From assembly GCA_964480345.1 (NCBI GenBank), contig CAYZNW010000001.1:1348-65347 (forward strand): a DNA stretch of 64,000 nucleotides, written 5' to 3'. Below the pieces are notes generated by a model. That model had not been told where the DNA came from. It made no database searches and was given only the letters and a program-made list of their open reading frames with translations. Source of the DNA: an uncultured Candidatus Saccharibacteria bacterium (GTDB lineage Bacteria > Patescibacteriota > Dojkabacteria > SC72). Below are positions 29,012-38,413 of this stretch, piece after piece. The translations under genes and the position numbers were made by a program. Numbering within the stretch: position 1 is the first letter of the stretch; each line of letters starts with the position of its first letter.

Positions 29012-29731
29012 CTAATCTATCATCCTAATTATGGCAGAGAGTATTGATGCTGAGAGGATTACAAATACTAAACCTATGATAGCCCATGTTAGAGTTCCTT
29101 GTGCTTTTTTGATTTTTTCGGGATCTCCTGAAGATGTTAGCCACATATACCCTCCCATTACAATAAATAAGACAGAGAGTAATCCAGCAAGAGGAAAGAT
29201 ATATCTAAATATTCTTTCAATCATTTGAAACATCTTTTTTATTCTAGGAGGGTCTTCTTCTCCTCCTACTACACTTGTATTAGAACTTTTTGTAGTATTT
29301 GTAGTAGAAGTTGTATTAGTAGTACTAGTACTGCTACTATTACTTTCTTCATACAAACATGTATCACCACCTGTACAAGACTCTATTTTTTTATTTAAAT
29401 TATTTAGATTCTCATTGAAAGCAATCATATCTTTTGAATTAATAATTTCATCTATCAAACTTCTAATAGATTCATTTTGAGTATAAAGTTCATTTGCCTT
29501 TATTGAGCTAATAACGTCCTCCCAACCTTTATAGAAATTTACACCTTTCTCTCCGTCTGTTTGTTCTATCTCTAAGTAACGTTTGTATGCTGTTAAATCT
29601 GAATACAGTTCGTTATATAGCTCCTCACTTCTATTGGCAGAAAGGACAGTATCAACATTTAAGAAAGAGTAAGAAAAAACAAGTAGAAAAAATACTCCGA
29701 TAGTAGAAATCACAAAAGTAAAATTTTTCAT
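29012..29731 (-). CDS. Pilin-like paralogue A: N-terminal secreted domain + Thr/Ser-rich linker + C-terminal two-helix VirB2/TrbC-like module
   Basis: C-terminal IFPLAGLLSVLFIVMGGYMWLTSSGDPEKIKKAQGTLTWAIIGLVFVILSASILSAII, near-identical to paralogue B. Confidence 0.5.
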   Translation of the reverse strand: MKNFTFVISTIGVFFLLVFSYSFLNVDTVLSANRSEELYNELYSDLTAYKRYLEIEQTDGEKGVNFYKGWEDVISSIKANELYTQNESIRSLIDEIINSKDMIAFNENLNNLNKKIESCTGGDTCLYEESNSSSTSTTNTTSTTNTTKSSNTSVVGGEEDPPRIKKMFQMIERIFRYIFPLAGLLSVLFIVMGGYMWLTSSGDPEKIKKAQGTLTWAIIGLVFVILSASILSAIIRMID

Positions 29732-29746
29732 AGTACTTTAATAAAA

Positions 29747-30139
29747 TTACTTCACTACACTTAGTACTATTTTACTGATATATGGTAAAAATACAATTAC
29801 TCCTGTAATCACAGAAACGAGTACGCTAACAAGAACAGCTCCTGCACTCACATCTTTTGCATATTTAATATTTACTTTGTAGTCGTGAGAGACAGTATCA
29901 CACAAAGCTTCAATAGCACTATTTATTGCTTCAGATATTAGAACCATAGATATTACTAAACTGATAGATATCCATTCAAAGTGTGATATTCGCAGTATGA
30001 ATCCTAATACTACAACTACAATAGCAGCAGCTAAATCTATTCTAAAATTTCTTTCATTTTTGAATATCAATTTGATACCGTTTCTAGCATATCCTTGACT
30101 CTTGAAGAAATTTTCAGCTTGATAGTTACTGTTTTTCAT
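29747..30139 (-). CDS. dgkA: Diacylglycerol kinase / undecaprenol kinase family (DgkA)
   Basis: Three TM helices; DLAAA...SEAINSAIEALCD matches the prokaryotic DAGK signature. Confidence 0.75.
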   Translation of the reverse strand: MKNSNYQAENFFKSQGYARNGIKLIFKNERNFRIDLAAAIVVVVLGFILRISHFEWISISLVISMVLISEAINSAIEALCDTVSHDYKVNIKYAKDVSAGAVLVSVLVSVITGVIVFLPYISKIVLSVVK

Positions 30140-30462
30140 TAATCAAATATCTTTATAATGGCAGATAAGATAGAGGCAGAAAGTATTACAAATACTAAAC
30201 CTATTACTGCCCAAGTTAATGTCCCTTGAGCTTGTTTAATCTTTGAAGGATCACCTGATGATGTCATCCACATATATCCTCCTTGGATAATGAAGACAAC
30301 GCATAGCAAGCCTGCAATAGGTAGTATCTTTGAAAATATGTTTTCAAACATAGAGAAAAGCTCACCTATTTTCTTTGGTTGCTCTTGTGCAAATAACGCA
30401 GAGGGAGTTATGAATAGGTTGAGGAATAGTATTAAGAGTGTAGAAGAAATCGTAGCTATCAT
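30139..30462 (-). CDS. Pilin-like paralogue B (signal peptide + two C-terminal hydrophobic helices; VirB2/TrbC-like)
   Basis: ILPIAGLLCVVFIIQGGYMWMTSSGDPSKIKQAQGTLTWAVIGLVFVILSASILSAII. Confidence 0.5.
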   Translation of the reverse strand: MIATISSTLLILFLNLFITPSALFAQEQPKKIGELFSMFENIFSKILPIAGLLCVVFIIQGGYMWMTSSGDPSKIKQAQGTLTWAVIGLVFVILSASILSAIIKIFD

Positions 30463-30741
30463 TTACTTACTTTGTAAAATTTGTTTAATAATAAATTGTA
30501 TTACGGTAGGAGATAGAAAAACAAGTACAAGCCCTAGTAATGCAAATAGAAGGGATCTGGAAGCCTCTGATATCTTCTTTTCATCACCTCTAGACAGTAT
30601 GAATTTGAATCCTGATAAGACAATGGCAACAACTGCAATAAATACAGAAAACGACATTGCAAAGTTTACTAAGAAATATACAAATCCCTGCAAGTCTCCA
30701 TACCCAGCACGAGCTAACCCGTCCAAATTAACTAATGACAT
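30463..30741 (-). CDS. Pilin-like paralogue C
   Basis: Same architecture: ...VLSGFKFILSRGDEKKISEASRSLLFALLGLVLVFLSPTVIQFII. Confidence 0.45.
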   Translation of the reverse strand: MSLVNLDGLARAGYGDLQGFVYFLVNFAMSFSVFIAVVAIVLSGFKFILSRGDEKKISEASRSLLFALLGLVLVFLSPTVIQFIIKQILQSK

Positions 30742-30758
30742 ATTTAATACTAGTTATC

Positions 30759-31124
30759 TTAGTTTGCCTTAATAAGACTGTTCAGAACAAACTGAACCAA
30801 GATTACTGCAATGAAACAGATTATTAATCCAACGATTGCCCAAGTTAATGTACTGGTAGCTTTCTGAATCTTTGATTCGTCTCCTGCTGCAGTAATATAG
30901 GAATATCCTGCAAAGATTAAGATAACGACACAAACGAAAGCTGCTAATGCAATTCCATAATTAAGAATATCTTTTAAGAAACCCATCAAGTCTTTACCAC
31001 CACCACCTGATGTAACACCACCAATCAAATCGTTTGCTGTAGGAGTCTGCGCATATGTTGCAGAAGCAAGATATAAAGATGAGCCTGCGACTGAAAGTGA
31101 TGCCAGTGCTTTAGAAATTTTCAT
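30759..31124 (-). CDS. Pilin-like paralogue D
   Basis: Signal peptide; ...IFAGYSYITAAGDESKIQKATSTLTWAIVGLIICFIAVILVQFVL. Confidence 0.5.
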   Translation of the reverse strand: MKISKALASLSVAGSSLYLASATYAQTPTANDLIGGVTSGGGGKDLMGFLKDILNYGIALAAFVCVVILIFAGYSYITAAGDESKIQKATSTLTWAIVGLIICFIAVILVQFVLNSLIKAN

Positions 31125-31196
31125 AGTTATATAAGATTTATAATGTTATTTATTTTAAATACCTGATTATATATAAATCAAGCCATAGTTGCAATA

Positions 31197-31484
31197 CTAC
31201 CCCACTCTTTCCAAAACAAATAAAACAATAACTTTTGCCATAAAAACAATAATCATTCCGACTACTGCTGCAGTAAGAGTCTTCTGCCCTTTTGATATCT
31301 GATCAGAATTTCCTGCCGCTGTTATTAACAAATAACCGGCTACCACAAACATAATTACAGCTACTAATGCAGAGAAGTTAATAATTGTATTAATAAGAGG
31401 AATACCCTTACCCTCTATTACTCCCTCAAAATCATCTCCTAAATTTATTAGCCCTCTTGTAAAGAATTGCGATATATCAACCAT
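31197..31484 (-). CDS. Pilin-like paralogue E
   Basis: ...VVAGYLLITAAGNSDQISKGQKTLTAAVVGMIIVFMAKVIVLFVL. Confidence 0.45.
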   Translation of the reverse strand: MVDISQFFTRGLINLGDDFEGVIEGKGIPLINTIINFSALVAVIMFVVAGYLLITAAGNSDQISKGQKTLTAAVVGMIIVFMAKVIVLFVLERVG

Positions 31485-31485
31485 A

Positions 31486-31839
31486 TTAATTATATATTCC
31501 TAAATCTAAACTATTACTAATTATAAGTAATATTGCTACACTAAGCAAAATTACTAGTAACCCAATAATTGCATTAGTTATAATACCCCTAGCCTCTTGA
31601 AGCTTATCAGGATTACCCTTACTAGCCATGAGCATATACCCACCGTATGCAAGCAATAATACTGCACTTGCTACTCCTAAAGGAACAGCAATATCTATGA
31701 TTTTCCCAACGAGCTCCTCTTTATTGCTACCAACATCACCTTCCAATGCACCAACTTTTTCATTTAAAGTTTCACTTAAACTCCCAGCATATACTTTATT
31801 CACAAAGAAACTGTTTAGTTTTTCAATAAAATCTATCAT
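31486..31839 (-). CDS. Pilin-like paralogue F
   Basis: ...LLAYGGYMLMASKGNPDKLQEARGIITNAIIGLLVILLSVAILLII. Confidence 0.45.
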   Translation of the reverse strand: MIDFIEKLNSFFVNKVYAGSLSETLNEKVGALEGDVGSNKEELVGKIIDIAVPLGVASAVLLLAYGGYMLMASKGNPDKLQEARGIITNAIIGLLVILLSVAILLIISNSLDLGIYN

Positions 31840-31860
31840 AATTCGAATTATACAATATAC

Positions 31861-34800
31861 TTATACTTCTGCATACTCACATATAGAATTGTAATCACAA
31901 TGCCTACAATTCCACATATTTGGCAACGGATTAAACTGACCACTCTCTATCAAATCGATACTCTCTAAAACCTGTTCCTTAGCTTTCTCTCTTTTTGCTT
32001 CAGAAATATCAACATTCACAACTTTACATGTTTCAATGAAAATATACTTCGCACTAACCACTTTTAACCCAAGTTTCTGTTCAACCAAAAGAGCATAGAG
32101 TGGAAGCTGTAAATCTTTTTTAATATCAGCATCTTTCTTCTCATTACCTGTTTTGTAATCTACGATACAAACCTGCTTTACTCCACTCTCCTCTCCTACA
32201 ATATCAATTCTATCGATTTGCCCTGTAAACAGAGTATTCCCGATGTTTGTATTCACAGATTCCTCTAGTTTAAAAGGTCTTTCATCAGAAGAGTAAACTT
32301 TCTCATAATACTGCTTCATCAACTCCACACCCTCCTTTTTTCTTAGCTCCTCCTGTTTTTTTGATTCATATCCACTACTAACCCAATTCTTCTCATACAA
32401 AGATAGTAAATCCTCTAAAGTTGGAGCTTCAAAAATTCCATCTAAACCCTCTTGCGAATTTAGAAGTATTTTGTAAAAGTCTTTCAATGTATTATGAATT
32501 GTATTTCCAAAAGATGTAGCTGAGTGTGCTTTCTGTGGTATTTTTAAAAGATATGAATACTCGTACCTTCTAGGACATTTCTCATAAGTGGTGTGCTGAG
32601 AGTAACTAAACCTCTTAACTAAATTCTTAACTTCCTCTTTTGGGATGATCGATTCATAACTATCTTTTGGTAGAAACTTCAAATCAGCAATACCTTTACT
32701 TTCCTCGCTATCAACAATATCAAAATCATCTTCTACTCCTCTACTAAGAATTTCAGAAAGAAAGACACTTGGTTTCTTCTTCCTTTTTGCATCACCGTAG
32801 AAATTCGCAGCTGTTAAAAACAACTTTTCTTTAGCTCGTGTAGCACCGACATAAAACAATCTTCGTTCTTCTTCTAAACTTTCTTCACTTTCATTACGCT
32901 CTTTATCAAAAACCTCCTTGACTAACTCATCTGGCATAGGAATAGAATCTTTTCTACCTTGTGCAGGGAATCTTTGACTTACAAGATTGACCATAAAGAC
33001 AATTGGAAATTCCAAACCTTTAGAACCGTGTACCGTCATAATATTGACGGCGTTCAAATCTTCCATATCAATCTGATCAACTAGAGGAGATTCTCCTGTT
33101 TCTATGGAATAGTTAAGATAATCTACATACTCATAGATATTTGAATCTGGATTATCTTTTTCATATTTTTTAATAAGCTCAAAATATTTATTTATATTTG
33201 AAATTGCAAAAAGATGCTCTGGTGTTTCCTCTTCAAGGTAGCTTTGAAGGAAACCGCTATTCATAATAAATTCATAAAGGATCTCTACAATTCCTTTATG
33301 CTCCTTTACTTTAATAATGCTAGAATTGAGAATTTCTAAGAGAGTGGATACTCCTGCAACAGCTTCGTCAGACAGAATTTTAAGAACAATACTATCCTCC
33401 TTCACATTTTTAACATCTATATTACTTTCCTCTCCTAGCTTAATACTCCACAACTGCTCTAACTGTTCAAACATACTTTGCCTCTTCTCTCTAGCTAAAG
33501 TGTTTAATTCAATATACTCTCTGGAAGTTAACTTCCATATTGGCAAAGAGAGTAACTTGTACATAGAAGCATCATCTGTATAGGCAACTAATACTCTCAA
33601 GAAACAGATAAGCTCTTTTATCTCATCTCTAAAATAGAGACCTCTCGCCCCGCCAAGCTTGTAAGGAACTCCTTTGTATCGTAAAGATTGGATAAAAATA
33701 TCAGCATGATTGTTGGCTCTAACAAGAATAGCTATGTCAGAGAATTTGTACTTCCCTTTTGCAATTTCATCAATACCTAACAGATTTGACTGTCCTTTCT
33801 CATCAAATACCTCACCTTTATGCAAAGAATCCTCTACAAGATCACCATGTCCTGTAAGTCTTAATATCTCATTTGTAACTAATTCCGCTTCAGATTCCTC
33901 ACTCTTTGAAACCATCAAATTCACACTATCCTGATCATCATCAAAAGCTCCTTTCGCTACCAATCGTTTATCTATACCCTCGGTAACCTCCAACCTATTC
34001 GGATTATTATGTTTAATTAATGCATAGGCTGAATCCAAAATCTCCTGCTTAGATCTGTAATTCTCCGTCAGAACTACCTCTTTAGCATCAGGATATGTTT
34101 CTTTAAATTGCAAAATATTTGATATGGCGGCTCCTCTAAACTTGTAGATAGACTGATCATCATCTCCTACTACAGTTAAATTTGGTCGGCTCGTTTCAAT
34201 ATCTTTGATATCACTACCAAGAACTAAAGTGTTAATGAGAACATTTTGAGTGTAGTTACTATCCTGAAACTCATCTACAAGTATATATTTGAATTTCTTC
34301 CTGTACTTTTCTAAAACATTTTTCCTCTCTCTGAATAGTTTTAGGGCCAAAATTATCAAGTCTCCGAAATCCAACTTAGAATCATTTAGTTTAATATCTG
34401 AATATTTTTTGTACGTCTCGGCTAACTCTTTCCATTTAACATACTCCTGCTTCTCAAGTTCGTTACTTTGTGGAAGTTTAGAAACATACTCCAAGTAATC
34501 TTCAGGTGCGACATCTTCATCTTGCAATTTCGACACATGACTTAAGAAGCTATTCAAAAAATCTTTTGGGGATCCCTTAGGTAAAAGGGTTTTCAGAGGT
34601 AAGTCATAGAGATGTTTTCGCAACAAGATATACGATTGGGCTTTATTCATCAGAGAGAAACGCCCATCAATACCAATATTGTAACCATCTTCTCGTAAAA
34701 CAGCATCACAGAAAGAGTGAAATGTTGATATGAACGGTTGCTCATAACCGTACTGCATTTCATCAACCACCCTATCTTCCATCTCTTGAGCAGCTTTCTC

Positions 34801-34977
34801 TGTGAAAGTTAAAGCTAAAATCTCTGATGGCTTTGCCCATCCTTTTTCAATAATATGAAGAATTCGCTTGGTAATAACCTGCGTTTTTCCAGTACCTGCT
34901 CCAGCAATGATTAATAGATCCCCATCATTAAACTCTACAGCTTCCTTCTGTTTCTCATTTAGGTTGAATTGTCCCAT
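31861..34977 (-). CDS. UvrD/PcrA/AddA-like SF1 helicase fused to C-terminal RecB-family (Cas4-like, Cys-cluster) nuclease
   Basis: Walker A IIAGAGTGKTQVITKRI, UvrD motifs (TFTEKAAQEM, LVDEFQD, MTVHGSKGLEF); C-terminal DxxxVDYKTG and CRHCDYNSIC. Confidence 0.8.
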   Translation of the reverse strand: MGQFNLNEKQKEAVEFNDGDLLIIAGAGTGKTQVITKRILHIIEKGWAKPSEILALTFTEKAAQEMEDRVVDEMQYGYEQPFISTFHSFCDAVLREDGYNIGIDGRFSLMNKAQSYILLRKHLYDLPLKTLLPKGSPKDFLNSFLSHVSKLQDEDVAPEDYLEYVSKLPQSNELEKQEYVKWKELAETYKKYSDIKLNDSKLDFGDLIILALKLFRERKNVLEKYRKKFKYILVDEFQDSNYTQNVLINTLVLGSDIKDIETSRPNLTVVGDDDQSIYKFRGAAISNILQFKETYPDAKEVVLTENYRSKQEILDSAYALIKHNNPNRLEVTEGIDKRLVAKGAFDDDQDSVNLMVSKSEESEAELVTNEILRLTGHGDLVEDSLHKGEVFDEKGQSNLLGIDEIAKGKYKFSDIAILVRANNHADIFIQSLRYKGVPYKLGGARGLYFRDEIKELICFLRVLVAYTDDASMYKLLSLPIWKLTSREYIELNTLAREKRQSMFEQLEQLWSIKLGEESNIDVKNVKEDSIVLKILSDEAVAGVSTLLEILNSSIIKVKEHKGIVEILYEFIMNSGFLQSYLEEETPEHLFAISNINKYFELIKKYEKDNPDSNIYEYVDYLNYSIETGESPLVDQIDMEDLNAVNIMTVHGSKGLEFPIVFMVNLVSQRFPAQGRKDSIPMPDELVKEVFDKERNESEESLEEERRLFYVGATRAKEKLFLTAANFYGDAKRKKKPSVFLSEILSRGVEDDFDIVDSEESKGIADLKFLPKDSYESIIPKEEVKNLVKRFSYSQHTTYEKCPRRYEYSYLLKIPQKAHSATSFGNTIHNTLKDFYKILLNSQEGLDGIFEAPTLEDLLSLYEKNWVSSGYESKKQEELRKKEGVELMKQYYEKVYSSDERPFKLEESVNTNIGNTLFTGQIDRIDIVGEESGVKQVCIVDYKTGNEKKDADIKKDLQLPLYALLVEQKLGLKVVSAKYIFIETCKVVNVDISEAKREKAKEQVLESIDLIESGQFNPLPNMWNCRHCDYNSICEYAEV

Positions 34978-35124
34978 TATCTAAATAGCAGTATTAAATA
35001 CAAAATCACTCCAACAAGTATTCCAAGAATTAGAAGTAAAAGAACTTTGGTGTTTGGACAGTATTTAATAAATTTTTGTATGAAAGATCGTATTTCTCTT
35101 TTCATAAATGATTTTAGTAAAATA

Positions 35125-36006
35125 TTACTCTATTTTAGCAAGTTTCTTTAACATTTCTACCTCATCTGCAATTCCTTCTGAAGATTTTAATGCAGGAGTT
35201 TCTAGAATAAATGGAATATTCTTCAACTCTTTTCTACTAAGAATATCTTCAATAGCTTTAGAACCCAATTTACCTTTACCTAAATTTGCATGCCTATCTT
35301 TGTTAGAGGAGTAATCGGCCATAGAATCATTCAAATGAATAGCTTTAACATTTTTCACTCCTAACTCTTTCTCCATATCATCTAACACACCATCCATATT
35401 ATTTACCCAATCATAGCCTGAGGAAAATGTATGTTGAGTATCAACTACAAACCCTACCCTTTCTCTATCTTTAACTCCATCTCTCATATTTTTTAATTCA
35501 GTAAAATTTCTACCAAGGTTACTTCCTGTTCCTGCTGTTGTCTCTATGAGGAGTTTCTGTGTGCCCGGTACTTCATCAAGAACCCACTGTATACCGTAAG
35601 ATATCCTTTCAAGGCTATCTTCATAGGAGAGCTCTTTCTGTGATCCTGGATGAAAACATATCCCAAGAATTTCAGCATCAATATTTCTTTCTTTGATAAG
35701 TTTGGCGACTTTCTCAGCAAAATCTAAATATACAACTAAACCCATTTTACCCAAATGGAAAAGTTTTTTGTCACTTCTAGCCAAATTAGTTAGATATATG
35801 CCGTGAATAAGGATTTTCTTGACTGAAGAGTTTTCAAGAGCATTCACAAAAGACAGAATCTGCTCATCTGAAACAGGTTTGGTTGCCCACCTCATAGGAG
35901 CAGTAGGCATCATTTGGATAGCATTTACTCCATATTTCTCCCCATTTTTTATTGAATTTTCTACTCCTCCAGAAGAGGAAACGTGAATTCCTAGATACAT
36001 ATACAT
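35125..36006 (-). CDS. nfo: Endonuclease IV (AP endonuclease family 2, Nfo)
   Basis: MYLGIHVSSSGG start, TIM-barrel xylose-isomerase-like Nfo pattern; start trimmed from the track's 36048. Confidence 0.75.
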   Translation of the reverse strand: MYMYLGIHVSSSGGVENSIKNGEKYGVNAIQMMPTAPMRWATKPVSDEQILSFVNALENSSVKKILIHGIYLTNLARSDKKLFHLGKMGLVVYLDFAEKVAKLIKERNIDAEILGICFHPGSQKELSYEDSLERISYGIQWVLDEVPGTQKLLIETTAGTGSNLGRNFTELKNMRDGVKDRERVGFVVDTQHTFSSGYDWVNNMDGVLDDMEKELGVKNVKAIHLNDSMADYSSNKDRHANLGKGKLGSKAIEDILSRKELKNIPFILETPALKSSEGIADEVEMLKKLAKIE

Positions 36007-36037
36007 ATTATGTCTTGGAGAGGAAGAAATAGCAAAT

Positions 36038-37207
36038 CTATCGTACAACAGAAGAGTAAGTTCTTCCTAGTACTACACCCTCACCTAGAAGAGTACTAAC
36101 AGGAACAAATTTGTATCCCATTTCTGACAAGTTCTTTATGATACATGGCATAGCATCTACTGTCTCAACATTAATATCATGAAGCAGTATTATCGAGCCT
36201 CTGAAAGTCCTGTTTGTAATACGATTACATATGATATCACTTCGAGGATGTTTCCAGTCATCAGCTATTACTGACCAAAGTATTACTGGTTGTAAGAAGT
36301 TTCTGTAAACATGTAATATCTCTTCATTTTTCGCTCCGTATGGAGGACGAGAGAATTTACTCTCTATACCAGTTTTCTCAAGTATCACCCTGTTTGTAGA
36401 ATATATCTGCCAATTCACCATATCAAGCGAGATATCTTTAAAGTTAGAGTGATCCCAAGAGTGATTACCAAGTTCGTGTCCCTCTGCAGCAGCCCTTCTT
36501 AGTTCAGCTTGGTATCTTTCTACTCTACTACCTACAACAAAAAAAGTTGCTTTCAAATTCTGCTCTTTCAATATATCCAGTAATCTGTTTGTATACGGAC
36601 CTGGGCCATCGTCAAAAGTAAGAGCTATACATTTTTCTTCCAAACAGTTAACTGATGGATTAGCAACAACAAAATGGAATTTCTCTATATCAGATCCTGA
36701 TGGATATGTTATTGGCGGGAGATTTAGCAAAGACTTAGCATAATCGTTTCTAAGTAAGAAATCTATCTCAGAGACTGGTATCTCTATTCGTTTTTCTCTC
36801 CAAATTACTCGAATAGTTTTAGAGTCTACGAGAACAAAACTGTTTAGACTTTCTCTCACAATTTGATTTATATCTTCAACTGTATACCCTCCACTCTCTT
36901 GGATTTTGTTTCTAAATTTGTCGATGAAGAATTGATAGCTGAAGTTATTTCCTCCAACTAGATCAAACATATTAACAGGAACTACTGTTTCAACATGTAT
37001 TGGAGTAGGTTTTTCTTCTTTAGGAGGGAGTGGTTTCTCTTCTTCAACAATATTTTGCTCTTGAGGGGGGATCGGTTTCCAATCCTGTGTAAGATGCATT
37101 ATTCGGAATGTAAAAAAGAGTGTTCCCCAGAAGAGTAATACCCCTAATATTAAGAGGGTATATACAACACAAATGATATTTCTTCTTCTCTTTTCGTTGT
37201 TTTCCAT
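36038..37207 (-). CDS. Polysaccharide deacetylase (NodB homology domain), membrane-anchored
   Basis: N-terminal TM; TFDDGPGPYT...KATFFVVG...HELGNHSWDH NodB motifs. Confidence 0.85.
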   Translation of the reverse strand: MENNEKRRRNIICVVYTLLILGVLLFWGTLFFTFRIMHLTQDWKPIPPQEQNIVEEEKPLPPKEEKPTPIHVETVVPVNMFDLVGGNNFSYQFFIDKFRNKIQESGGYTVEDINQIVRESLNSFVLVDSKTIRVIWREKRIEIPVSEIDFLLRNDYAKSLLNLPPITYPSGSDIEKFHFVVANPSVNCLEEKCIALTFDDGPGPYTNRLLDILKEQNLKATFFVVGSRVERYQAELRRAAAEGHELGNHSWDHSNFKDISLDMVNWQIYSTNRVILEKTGIESKFSRPPYGAKNEEILHVYRNFLQPVILWSVIADDWKHPRSDIICNRITNRTFRGSIILLHDINVETVDAMPCIIKNLSEMGYKFVPVSTLLGEGVVLGRTYSSVVR

Positions 37208-37298
37208 ATCTATATGCTACCACTACTTCTATGTACTACCAAACTTGTTGCTTGTTTATAGAATAAATAGAGAGAATGAAGTATAATTACACGGTAAT

Positions 37299-37390
<92 letters not shown>

Positions 37391-37408
37391 CTTTTCATAT
37401 ATCCAATC

Positions 37409-38317
37409 TTAGAAATGTAACTTTGTCTTTACAGATACCCACCAATCCTCTTTTGTTCCTATCAAAAAACCCAACGAAGCTAATGCGCAACCAAAAACAG
37501 AATCTACAACATAATGCTCTCCACCATACCAAGTAGCAAAAATCACTAAAATAGGGATTATGAACAACAACAAACCCTTAGGCCCAATAATATGCTCTCC
37601 CCACAAAGCACCGTAGAAAGACCAAGCAGCATGCATAGATGGAAATGCTGCAAAATCATTATGACCATACCCATCAACCCAAAATCTGTAATCAATACCA
37701 AAATATCTAGCTGCAAAAAAAATTCTCTCCACACTAGGTAGAAGATTCACATCATTAGCATACCAAGGAGGAGCAGAAGGGAAAAAAATATTTACAACAA
37801 CGGAGAACAACGATATCCATATTAACCCATAAATATACTTTCGAAATACAGAAACACTCTTCTTCCAAGCTAATATCCCTATAAATATCCAAAACACAAA
37901 AAAGGAAAGATATGCAAAGAAAAGCAAATAATCATACCAGTTTGGAGTAAAAGAACCAGCACTAATACCTGAGAAATTCTTCTGCAAAAAAGCAACCGTA
38001 GTCTCACTATCAAAACTCAACAACATTTTATCCCATTTGATCAAGACATCATCTAACAAAGGTCTATGTAGAAACTTAGAGATATCATATGCTTTTGCTC
38101 TTGATATCTCATAAAGAAATATGAGAAGAACAGGAAGAAGTAGCTCTTTAAAGAAAATATCCTCTTTTTCAAATACTAAAACAAACAGTATCAAAACTAT
38201 GGCTAACGAAGAGAAAGAGATTTTGAAAACAAAAAAATTTACAAATAATAGAAAGAAAATAGACAGAATCAGTACAATCCTCTTCTTATTTATTTTAATC
38301 AAGGCAGTTTTTTTCAC
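37409..38317 (-). CDS. Polytopic membrane protein, PAP2-like phosphatase superfamily
   Basis: Multiple TM; PSMHAAW (PSGH-like) and GGEHYVVDSVFG (SRxxxxxHxxxD-like). Confidence 0.45.
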   Translation of the reverse strand: MKKTALIKINKKRIVLILSIFFLLFVNFFVFKISFSSLAIVLILFVLVFEKEDIFFKELLLPVLLIFLYEISRAKAYDISKFLHRPLLDDVLIKWDKMLLSFDSETTVAFLQKNFSGISAGSFTPNWYDYLLFFAYLSFFVFWIFIGILAWKKSVSVFRKYIYGLIWISLFSVVVNIFFPSAPPWYANDVNLLPSVERIFFAARYFGIDYRFWVDGYGHNDFAAFPSMHAAWSFYGALWGEHIIGPKGLLLFIIPILVIFATWYGGEHYVVDSVFGCALASLGFLIGTKEDWWVSVKTKLHF

Positions 38318-38413
38318 ATAGTAATACTAAAAAATTACTCCAAGCAACAATCTACTTTCTCTTTGACAAATTTACCAATCTTTTTCCAAAAGTTGGTTTT
38401 TCTTTTTTTCTCC

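Noticed and set aside
29012-31839. Type IV pilus (PilA/ComGC) or Flp pilin assignment for the six small genes
   Set aside because: None has the N-terminal class-III prepilin motif (G/FTLIE). The hydrophobic segments are C-terminal and paired, which fits VirB2/TrbC-like topology instead.
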